Positions 53,377-64,000 of a stretch of 64,000 nt of DNA are shown here, piece by piece. The stretch is from contig OZ037770.1 in assembly GCA_964035545.1 (NCBI GenBank), positions 5,342,729 through 5,406,728 of the forward strand, written 5' to 3'. Both the position numbers and the translations under genes were made by a program. Under the pieces are notes generated by a model, which was given only the letters and a program-made list of their open reading frames with translations, had not been told where the DNA came from and did not search any database. Source of the DNA: Bugula neritina. Its lineage: Eukaryota; Animalia; Bryozoa. Numbering within the stretch: position 1 is the stretch's first letter; each line of letters opens with the position of its first letter.

Positions 53377-54507
53377 TTACTGTTTACTGGCACGTCTACT
53401 CTTGACTGCATCAACATAGGAAAAGACCGGACAGCGTGGTTGTGAAACGTGACTAGGGCTTTTCACTTCCAGCGGATGAATCTCGTGTGAGATTCCGCCG
53501 AGGCAAAAGTTGAGATTTTCGTGGTGATCACAACTCCCACGGCTCTTTGCCTGTTTTCCCATGCGAGGCCTCTCTAGACTTTCGTTACTGCCGCTTATAC
53601 CGCGGTCACGTACACAGTCTCTGAGACACGCTGGAAGTTGCCTAGTGTGTAGTCCTGGTCCTACGTTGGTATCTCCTTGCGGAGCCCCTCCCACGGGGGG
53701 TTTTTGCACTTCCGGACCCGTTTCTGGTTCCGGAAGTGGTGGTGATGGCAGGCTTGACGTTGGGGGCGGTGGGCGCACTTTCAAGGACGGAAGTGGCCTT
53801 TCTCGCCTCTCCAAGTCTTCCTGACGTGTCATGGAGGTGTTTCCGGCCAGGCTGACAGTCTCCGCCTGCCGAGACCTTCTCGCACAATGCGTCTGCCGCC
53901 CCGCTTCACCAGGGAGACGGCTATGCTTGTTGGTCTGGCAGACTTTGCACCGTCTCACTCTGCGCTGGATATTCCGTTCCATGTTGGGCCAGTACCACCG
54001 GAGTTGTAGCTTGGTGACCACCCCTTGGATTCCTCCGTGAGTCTCCTCGTGGGTGTCTTGTATCAACTTCCGGCGGATGGCAACTGGGCAGACAACCCTC
54101 TTCCTGGCTGGCTGTCTGCTGTTGGCGGCCAAGGTCATGGTCAGCAGACCATCTGGCCCGACCCGCAGAGAGCTCCAACGTTGACAGTACAGCCGTAACT
54201 CGGCGCATCCCTGTCGTCGTTGTTTACTACTGGGTCGTCGCCCTTCCTGTTTCGCTCGGTACACGTCGGCTACCACCCCAGGAAGGCTTTCCTGGAGCTT
54301 CGGCAGCTCCCTAACGTTACCAGCCCATACAGGTTTGGCGCGGAGGCTCTGGACAGCCTCCGGGGGCGTGTCAGCCCTCTGTTGGAGTAGCTGAGCAGGG
54401 GCGGTCCTCGCCGCCCGTGGTACCTCACGACAGCCTGCTCTATTTAGGCGGGCTCCGTGGTCTGTGTGGCGGAACGCCTCACTGTACCCATGTGGCAACC
54501 TAGCCAT
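53377..54507 (-). pseudogene. pol remnant with integrase H2C2 zinc-binding domain
   Basis: LTMTL...RVVCPVAIRRKLIQDTHEETHGGIQGVVTKLQLRWYWPNMERNIQRRVRRCKVCQ; the catalytic core is missing. Confidence 0.75.
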
Positions 54508-54585
54508 AGCCTGGCGCTTTTTGTTGCCTGTGCAGCCACGCGTCCCTGGAGGAGGGGAGGCGTGGGTTGGGACGGTCCTCCGCCC

Positions 54586-55155
54586 TCAAGACGGGCTCTG
54601 CTGAGGACCTTCCGTCTTAGCTCCCGACGACGGCCCAATGGCTTCCTCCTGGACAAGATGGAAGCGACCCAGCATGGATCTGGGTGGTAGGTCTACTGTC
54701 TCTGAGAAAGGGTTGACACACTGCACTGAGATCTCTCCTTGTCCCGTAAGCCGGCTAAAGCTATGGGCAAGTTGGACTCTCGAGTGCGTACTTTCGACAA
54801 CTCCCAACTCAGAGGTTTGGCCACCGTCTACCTTGCAGCGGACGGTAGCCCGGGAGTGGCCTGGTATAGTACAGCGCCGTACTACCTGCACTGCTCCCGC
54901 TAGAGGACGACCAAACTTATCGACACAAGCGAGCTCCTTGTCGCCCATGATCATCGCAGATTTACTGAAATCGATGCGACATCCGTGTCGTTGTAAGAAT
55001 GGCATCCCGAGGATGGCATCCTCGTTGAGCTGCCCGACGATAAACGTCTCTTGGATGGCCTGGTTACGGACGTAACCAGTTAGCTCAATAATGCCGTAGA
55101 AGGGAATGCATGACCCGTCTGCCAGGGTGCCATGATCCCCCTCATACGGTGTCAA
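54586..55155 (-). pseudogene. Retropepsin-like aspartic protease remnant
   Basis: ADGS flap and DAILGMPFL motifs present; the N-terminal D(T/S)G is absent because of truncation. Confidence 0.75.
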
Positions 55156-57728
55156 CTAAACTTTGAGGTTTATTAACATGACAATGATGATATGCTATAG
55201 CATGATGATCATGTTATATAAACTAATGGTGAGGCACTCACTGATGAAATAAAAACACTTTCAGAATGTTGTCTTTGAGAAATGAGCTTCATGTTTCTAC
55301 TGAGCATTCATATAACAAGAAGTTAGTATGAAGGTTACAATTCAATTCTTCAGCCTGTGGCCTACCATTGCATCAGATGTTTGCAAAGTTTTACATTTTT
55401 TAAGCCATTAATTCTGGTGGATAAGTTATAAAGTTTAGCACAAGTACCTAAATATCATTCTTAATCAAACATATGCATGAAGTTAAAATATTAAATGTCA
55501 AAAACTCTAATGAAGCTATCTAAAAAGTGTAAGAGTTGGTTTCAAATAAAAGCAAAGATGCATTTATAAAATTGCATCTATAACAAGAGATAGACATGTT
55601 AAAACTATGTTTTATGACACTGTGGGTATGATATTGTAAGGGTTTTGACCCCTCCCTTCCCGTGTATACCGAAAAAACTCCATGTCGAGAGGAGACAACT
55701 CCATCTTTCTTCAATCTGAATCTGAATTATAGCAAGACCATGCATAGGCTTGCAGCAGATCAACTACTTTAGTTATAAGTTCCCACATAAAGTGAAGCAC
55801 AATTTAACAACAATATAAACTAGTACACCACCAGTTGACAAATCAGCTCCACTACCTCTAACTCCTGCTGGTCAACATGTCACTATAGAATCAGAACAAA
55901 CCAACTTGTCGAGATTGATATGTATACGTCTAGCAATTGCAAAAAAAATGTTCATCATAATAAAATCATTTGGCCATTTTCTCACATCTTTTCCTAGCTG
56001 TTATAGTTATTATATAAAAAATCTTGTCAACGCTGGCTGATTTACCTTTCAAATTTTGCTGACAAATCACAAATGATAGAAATATTGTGGTGGCTCAATG
56101 GATTACTGTGTAATAAACAAGGGGAAAACATTAATTCTCTTCTAAACAGACTGTGAGGTCATTGCATGTACTAGGGGATGACCTGATCATGATGAACTCT
56201 CCAATAGAAACAGTCGTAGGTCATGTATTGAGGAGAGTGGCTTCCTGCGCAGTAGTTAGTTGTTACTAGGCAGGCAAACTGTAAACACTTGACTAAGTTA
56301 TGAGTTGTCAGAGTAGAGGTGAAGTTTTGCTACTGTATATAATTGTATAAATATAATTACCTATTATCTCGTAACTACAATCGTGAAGCTGATTGGAACA
56401 TGGACAATGTGCTATATTGCTATATCTCGTGAAGCTGATTGGATTATAAACAATTTGCTAAATTGATTATACACTGAAAACCCCCCACAAGAGCAAAAAT
56501 ACAACAATATATAAGAATTACTATTTATAAAAAAATTAATTTCTAAAAAATTTTCCCAGGGTTCATAATTACATATGTGACATCTTGACTGGATTTTAGC
56601 AGATGCAAGTTCCATAATTATATACCATATGCAGTTTACTATCTGTTTAGTAACTTTGTGAAGATTGCTAAGTGATGCAAATTAAAATAAGTTACTTAGA
56701 TATTCTTTTTACCAGAGTGGGACATTGAGGTCTACAATAGCATTACATATATTGAGCTAATAACGGACACACCACAGGCTTGTAGAGAAAAGATTAAATA
56801 ATAAATTGCCTGATTTCCCTTTATTTAGTACTCACGCACCAACAACTTGTGATGAAAAAATTGCAAGGATCAAGGTTTATATTCCTCTACTATTTGGGGT
56901 ATTTTTATGTGTTAAAAATGTTAAACGTATTTGCTAATTTTGTTGTTTTGACTAAATTGGTCAAATTCAAATAAAGTATTACCAAATATTTTAATCTAGG
57001 TTACATAAAATACGGTTTACTATGTGAGATTAATTCTTTTGAGATTAAAATTAATCTGTTTGTTGTTTGTTGTTCATAACCTCAAAGTATGTTTTACAGC
57101 TAAAAAATCTTCCATCATCGTGTGACATTTACTACCAGATTCTAGTTTTAACGTAAAAACCTAGACAAAACTTTCATTTCCTGTGAGTGAAACTACTTAA
57201 ACTCATACAAAAATTGACTTTCAAAAAATGTATAGTTCAATAAAATTTATTGAAGAAATATGAAATAAAACTTGAATAAAAAGCCAGCAAAATATGTGAT
57301 AATGATGCATGTAAATATCATTATTATAAATTTTTAATTGAATAAAGCAAGTGCAAAGCTAAGCTTTGTCAAAGCTTTATAGGGCATAAAAGAAGCAGTG
57401 AAAAAACATCCAGTACAAAGTAATTAAAGCACACTCCACAACAAATTAACTAATATATAAATCAGTATGATATACTAGTTCACAACACTATAAGATATAT
57501 CAATAGTAGATAAATAATCCACCAGATAGACAGCCTTAGCAACTGTCAGATTATCATAAATATATAATTATAGCGGAGTATGTATAAGAGTGCAAATCAT
57601 TTGTCAATTAAACTAATAGAATAACTATTTCTGGTTCATTAACTGAAAATTATTGTTTGTTTAATTCAACATATCATGCTGGATACCCAAAGAGGGTAAA
57701 TGCTATGAGTTACATCATGTGCTAAATT

Positions 57729-60700
57729 TTAGGAATGATCCTCTCTATTGGGTTTTTCCTCTTCATCCAACCCATCAAAGCCAGGAAACAGGTAAAGTCT
57801 TTTACGGGGAGGAAGAGTCTTCCAGATTACAACCAAATTTCTGCTTCTCTCTGAATCTTCATCTGCATAAAGTTTCTTTACTAGTTTAGTCTGCACCTGT
57901 AGAGTAAGTAATGACTAGTAAGATTGTGTACCAATGTACTACCAGATGAGATAAACATTTACAACTCTTAGCTGCTGGAATATATCGTCTTACTCTTACT
58001 TGTATCAAATCTAAGCAGCAAAATCTTGAGAGTTGTCAGGTACAATTAACAATATAAGATATATCATTGCAGTGAGACTGAGACAGTCTGTAAACCTTTA
58101 CAACAGGCTGATAGAAAAATATAAATCAAGGAATATGAATAATCAACAGCTGAAATAAAAGAAATGTGTTTATATAAAACCATAAATCAGCAAAACTATC
58201 ATTCTACTCTTACCTGCTTGAAAATGGTGTAGAGATCACGGTGACAGGCATGTTTGTAGATTGAAGATACTAGAGCTCTGATCATAGGAGATCCATACTT
58301 AGGATGCCTCTTTGATGCTATAATAAGAATAAATGCAGTCAAAACCATGGTGCAATCAGAGCAAGCTCAGTATATTTTAAAATTTTGTTCAGTTTTGATG
58401 AGCAGTGTTTGGTATATACTTTTTTAAAGACAAGTCTAAAAGATTGGATTAAGGAGAGACAACTTCCTGAATAACTGCAACTGTGCACATGTAAAACTGG
58501 CCAATCACTATTTAGTATACGTACAGCAGACGTTACTCTTTAGAACAAGAAGATTATCAACATCCAGTCTTGTCATACGTTCTTCTATTCTAGGTGCTGG
58601 TGGTGAGACAGGTCTGATGGGTCTTATTACACTGGGTGTTTCAAGATATACAATATCATCATCAGATTCAGAATGTGTAGAAGAGACAGCTTCAGTTTCT
58701 TCTTCTTGAGCTGCTGCAAGACCTGATCTGTCTGGAATCACCTCAATGTTTGCTGCAACACAAACATGTAATTTGATAAGCGAAATAATTTAGAGACTTT
58801 CAATTCTTTGGCCTTAAAAATCAAAACTGTTATTTAGACTAGAGTGAGCAATAATCAGATGACTGATGTCTGACAGGGTAGAGGAAGTCTAGACTAGTGA
58901 GACCATTGACCTTAAAGTGATGATTTATATTACAGAACAGTGACTACCTCCACTGCTGGCTTCTAGGATGACAACTTTAGGTTTTCTCCTCATTCCGTCA
59001 AAATACAAAGGAGTGAGCAAATCATACAGATCGATGAGGTTAACCTTCTCAAGGTCAGTTCCATAGATGCAGCTATCTTCTCCACCATGAGTCATAACAA
59101 CCAGTATATGACATCCAAACTCTTTGTGTTTTTCCTCTTTCACTTCAGACTTCACTGCAGACAGTGTTTCCTACAGTGTGCAGAATTTTCAGGTGAATAT
59201 TTCTCAGAAGCCTTTCATTTACATTATTGTGAAGCCAAAAGCCATTTGAATGATTCCACCATTATATCTATTTGGAAATGTCATGTTTGACTATGTAAGT
59301 CAGAGTTAGTTATAAGAATAACACGAAATATTATTCATCATGATTGTAATGGTAATTGGTAATGCCAATATAGCATTTAATACCAAAAACACTATTATCT
59401 GTTGAAATTTACACAATCAAAACTTTTAACCTATTTCCTTTATTCATTTTTAGATTTTACGACAACTAAAATAACCAACTGTGTATAAAAACATGCTAGA
59501 ACTTTGCTGTTTTCTCAAAAACATAGATCAATAAATCTCAAAGAAAAACTTTTATTCAAAATTTAAAATTCTCAATAATCAGGTCAATGAAAGCAAAGTG
59601 GAGAGAGTTTTTTTAAATGTATAAAAGGTGACTTTATAGTTGGAAATCATTGCTTAAAGTCTAAATGTGTACCTCTGCTGTCAAGTTTGTGTGTGTCACA
59701 ACATCAAACTTGAGAGATTTCAACATGACAGACATGTTCTCAACATCAGCATCTGAACCTTCCCTGCATAAGTCTGGTCTCTCAACAAAATGTTTGTTGT
59801 TTATTATCAGAGCGTTTCCTCTTTTTCTTGTCATACTGAACACCTGCAGAAAAGTCAATTTATAATAAAAGATACAGTATTGGCATGTAAGTCTACTGAA
59901 TGAAGAGTATAAAGCTCGAAAAAACATTCTCAATATAAATTGAGAAAACCTCCTAACAGGTTGGCGGACTGATCTTTATAAGGTCTGCTTTGTTACTAAA
60001 ATAGGTGAACAGTGATAACATGAAAATGCTATATTGCATTGAGTACTTGAGTTAACATGCCAAACAAGTTTTATAAACTAAAATCTTAACCTTGTCAGCA
60101 TTTGTAAAGAGATTTTTTATCTTCAGGTTGCTGGTCGGCTTCAGTTTGAGTTGTATCAACTTCATATCCTTCTCAATCGCTTCATCAAGGTTCAGATTGT
60201 CATCATCTTCAGAGAGATCACTCAGATCATCATCACCAAATTCATCTGCAGTCACATAATTAGACAGATTATGGTCAACATTTGAAAGCGGTATACTAAG
60301 TATTTTGCTTAGTTTCCAGAAGAAGCATTTATTTTAAAAGAAGATGCTTTTAGACATGGTTTTTATATCGAAATCACCAGGTAAATCAAAAAATTTACAA
60401 TAATTGTTCAGTTTGTCAAACAATTGCAGCATTGCAATAGTAAATCCGCTAACTATGTTAATAGTACAGGTAAATAAAATTATAGATAATAATGCACCAG
60501 CTCTACTTGAATCATTCTGCTGTTTACGAAGTTTGAGTTCAGCCAGTAACTTCTCCAACTCAATAGTTTCTGTCTCAGACAAAGTCTCACCTAAGTAATG
60601 CAAACCAGCTCACATATATTATGAATAAAACCAAGTAAAATAAAGTTTCAACCCTAGTATGTAATAGTTTTACGTTTTACATCAAAATTTAAAAAAAATA

Positions 60701-62872
60701 ATTAAAAGAGAGCAGCTAGTTCTGGTTAGATTGTGTAGTGATTATCCGTTAAGGAATAACTTTATTATTCTATCAAGAGTAAATTAGCACGCACGCAAGC
60801 TCTCACACACAGACCCACAGGTACACCCACACAAACACGCGCACACACACACACCATCTATAAACTTACATGGATGAATTAGAGCTCTTGGTATCTCTTC
60901 ATTATAGCACAGGGTTGTAGAAGATCCACTGCACTTCTTGAAATCTGGTGAAGGTTTTTTCAAAGAGCGAAAACACCATTTTGGATGAACAATTTTATTG
61001 GGGCAAGGAATTCCTAGCAGCATGCAGTGAGCACAAATGCAGGCAGTAACTGGTCGGCTAGCAGTCCATGTTTCCATAACATGTCTTAGAACATTGTTGT
61101 TGGCTGAAATGAGTTTTTCCCATGCTTTGGTGATATTATTTGAATCAGATGATGTGTAGAGTAAAACTCTTCTAGACTGATAGTCATGTACCAGCTGTGT
61201 GTATATTCTATCTTGATAAACAATGGCTCCATTTTTCTTCACCTCCACTTTAGCAAAATCATTGGAAAACAGTTCCAACAACCCAACTGTCATTTGATGG
61301 TAGACATGCTGCGGTAAAGCCAGACCATTGAAATGTGTCTCGGTATGAAGGAACAGGCTTTTCGGTGACGCGTAGGAGATGCTATAAGTTTCCTTGGCAA
61401 ACTGAGGAATTATAAAGTAATGCTCTCCAGACTCATTTTCCAATGGGCCATATAGCAAACGGAATGTTCTGAGCAAGTGGATAGCAATTTCAACGTCACT
61501 AGTAGCAGTAAACGCAGTTTCTTTTCTGATCAAATATTCAAGAAGAGATTTCATCATCAAGCCATTGTTTTTGAAACAATTCACTGACTCTTGGAAGTCT
61601 TGTTTTTCAATCTTGACTCCTTCTATGGAATAATACGGTTTGAACTGATCAACTCGACTCTGCCAAATGTTTGGGTCATGGTGATACAAAACACACAACA
61701 GTTTGGTTACTTCCGTGATCTTGTGGAATATGTATGGCTTGAGTGCATCAATATTCTTATACCACAATACTTTGCCACAATCATGCATGTATATGAGGAT
61801 GGTATCTAATTGGTTTACTTCAATATCATCCCGTTCTTTCTTTATCTCTGCCAATATTTCATCGAAAGTATTGTGTGCAGACTGCAAAGACAACACCTTT
61901 GTGTTGACATCTTCCCAGACTTTTGGAAGGGGTTTGACAAAGTGCTGGCAACTTTGAAGGAGAGACTTTTTTATTGATTCGAACACCATGTAATCATCAT
62001 CTTTCCCAACTTCATAGATATCTTTGTTAGAAGATACTATTCCCATTGAGTCATTAAAATGTTTAATTTCTGCAAATTCACCGTCTAGGCCTTTCTCTTC
62101 TTCAAGAATTTCTTTGCACAGCTGATCAGATACTTGGAAAAATTTCTTGTGAAGCTTCGAAAACTGTTCTTTCTGAAATTTATCTTTGTGCGTCAAGACA
62201 AGCTTTGGTGGGCCAATATATGGATGGGCGAGATAGAGGTGAGACATGTAATCAAAAGCCAACTTCCTGACAGCCTCTCTGTCTGTAGACGATTTTGAAA
62301 TCTGATCATACTGCTCCATGTTGACTACAATTACTGGTACACAATTCTGTCTCAGTGTCAAATGATAGGTGATATGGTAGACCTCCTGGCCTCCCATATC
62401 TATGAGACGAAGAGTTGTACCATCCACCTTCACCTCTTCCACATTAAACACTTTTGTGGTTTCATCATGCTCTGCATTAGGACTTCTGTCAGTCAGAACT
62501 CTCTTCTTGTCAGTGCTCTGTAATGTTCTGATCAGACTGGTTTTACCTGCCATGGTGTTCCCCAACACTGCTATTGTAGCAAATGGCAAGTTTCTACCAG
62601 TGCCCTTAGCCAAATCTGTGTAGTATTGTCGCACAGCATTTAATCCTCTCCGACAAACTTCTAGTGGAGGAGATGTAAGAGCATCGCAATAATCTATATT
62701 CAGTGTGTAAAGACGGGTTAGCTGTAGTATCTCAGGGTTCAAGGATGTCATGAATTTGTTGAAGAAAAGATTCAGTGTGTGCAGATTACTCAATATGCAC
62801 ACTGACGATGGTAGACAGGTGAAGCAATTCATTGATAAGTTTAGTGTCTGTAGCTCCTGTAGATTCTGTATC
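57729..62872 (-). CDS. ROCO protein (LRR-Roc-COR) fused to a C-terminal caspase (peptidase C14) domain with catalytic Cys->Ser; 5' end lies upstream, probably outside the window
   Basis: Exons 60870-62872, 60498-60590, 60091-60245, 59673-59843, 58948-59170, 58525-58752, 58214-58317, 57729-57896, all GT-AG with matching phases (1,1,0,0,1,1,0), give >1047 aa. LRRs (LQTLNLSMNCFTCLP, LHTLNLFFN, SPPLEV); Roc G1 GNTMAGKTS, G3 DMGGQEVY, G4 THKD; COR (LIYMHDCGKVLWY); caspase RGNALIINN, REGSDAD, MTHG, KPKVVILEASSG, KRHPKYGS, TLPPRKRLYLFPG. Confidence 0.88.
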
Positions 62873-63319
62873 CTAATAAAATAGTATATTTCTATTACCA
62901 GCACACATATGTAGAAAAGAGAATAAAACATGATATCAGAAGAGTACCCAAGAGGACATTCGAAAGTAAGAGAAATCAAGGACACCCAAAGCATAGATGG
63001 CAGGAGACAATCAGAAATGATATCCAGTCACGTTGCATGAGAGTCACTATAATAAACTCATATAAAATTCTTTGAAGCCGTACAGTACATAGATATGTAT
63101 CCAAAAAATCACCTTAATAGTAACTACAAGTAGGTATAGGCTAAGCTACAATTATTATATTACATACTGTATGTAAAAAGGTGTTATATGGTGAGAGTAG
63201 ATACAACATAGAACGAAGATTGAAAAACTGGAAGAGAAAATTAGTGGATGTCCACCTAAAAGTCAGCGGGTCTAAAACTGAGTACCTATCACCACAGAAG
63301 GCAGCAATGACATCAGATT

Positions 63320-64000
63320 GAGATAATAAATTCTTTGGATGGCTTATCAATGGTCCAGCTTTCTAGTGCCAATGTCAATAACTGGACCTTCCTTTGGCCC
63401 AAAGAAACTTTCACTTTTTTATTCAACGAACATATTAAGATGATCAAATTTTTATGGTTATTAGGCTTTATACAGGCATTTGTTGTTTCTGGGTGGAGTT
63501 TCTCTCTCTCTATACTTGCAACTGTGGCAATCTTCTTAATATTGACCTCCTCCACCTGATTCTGATTTCTTTTCCCAAGTTCACTCTACTGGATGGGCTG
63601 ATTTTTGGGGCTCTCCTGGTATAATTTTACTCCTTTGAATTGTAAAAACTGAGAGAAACTTTAAAAAAGCTGAGCTCTCAGAATACTTTAAGGAAACTAA
63701 AAGTGATGGATTTCTTCAAGTTGAGAAGGAAGCACAGACAGTGAACAATGGAATAACAGGGTTGAGAGTTTTTCCCTTCATTTGAAAGCTGCAAAAATCA
63801 GCCCATCTGGTAAAGTGAACTATAGGAAAAAAACGGAAGAAAGTGGAGGAAGCCATTACTGAGAAGGTGGCCACAGTGTTGAGTTTAGATGAAAAGGAAC
63901 TCATCCCAGAAGCAACAACTGTCTGTATAAAGCCTAGTGATCATGAAGATTTGAACAAATTATTATTATTCCTCGAATAAGAACGTGAAAGTTTTCTTGC
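63320..64000. repeat. Two diverged, inverted copies of a degraded coding (transposon-like) fragment
   Basis: ~63390-63607 (-) and ~63791-64000 (+) share caaaaatcagcccatc...gtggagga...gccacagt...cccagaa.caacaa.tg.ctgtataaagccta. Translations: VEEVNIKKIATVASIEREKLHPETTNACIKP versus VEEAITEKVATVLSLDEKELIPEATTVCIKP. Confidence 0.7.

Larger units (their letters stand above)
51120..55157 (-). mobile_element. Ty3/Gypsy-like LTR retrotransposon, 5'-truncated and internally deleted
   Basis: GC-rich island with a retropepsin C-half (54586-55155; LADGS...DAILGMPFL...IDF) and an integrase H2C2 zinc-binding region (in 53377-54507; HEETHGG...YWPNM...CKVCQ). No RT, RNase H or DDE core is recognisable. G-rich PPTs precede TGTAGT...ACTACA LTRs. 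Confidence 0.85.

Noticed and set aside
60334-60497. In-frame continuation after the helical exon as the true ROCO C-terminus
   Set aside because: A phase-matched donor (60496-60497) and acceptor (60246-60247) link directly to the caspase exons; an intron-retention isoform cannot be excluded without RNA data.
62873-62994. Hydrophobic N-terminus of the 736-aa ORF as a signal peptide or TM segment
   Set aside because: It lies upstream of a good acceptor (tttattag at 62873-62874) where LRR similarity begins, so it is most likely intronic read-through.

Overview
AT-rich, intron-rich animal genomic DNA (probably an invertebrate; lineage is inferred, not shown). Manual splice-site and phase reconstruction gives, in order: the 5' half of ABCB7 (-); an unannotated 68-aa single-pass membrane microprotein gene (-); NDUFB8 (+); a ~1346-aa secreted mucin-like protein with no Cys in its mature part (-); a 19-exon RPGR ortholog ending in CaaX CVIL (-), head-to-head with CARF (+); an internally deleted Ty3/Gypsy LTR element carrying a spliced zinc-finger/coiled-coil accessory gene and two tandem PPT-LTR units (-); and, running off the right edge, a gene whose exons splice in frame to give LRR-Roc GTPase-COR fused to a complete caspase p20/p10 domain with QACRG replaced by EASSG. 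This ROCO-(pseudo)caspase fusion is the strongest candidate for an undescribed system. Introns contain many minisatellites that abut or duplicate splice junctions, plus tRNA-derived SINEs and MITEs. All family assignments are from motif recognition, not database searches.
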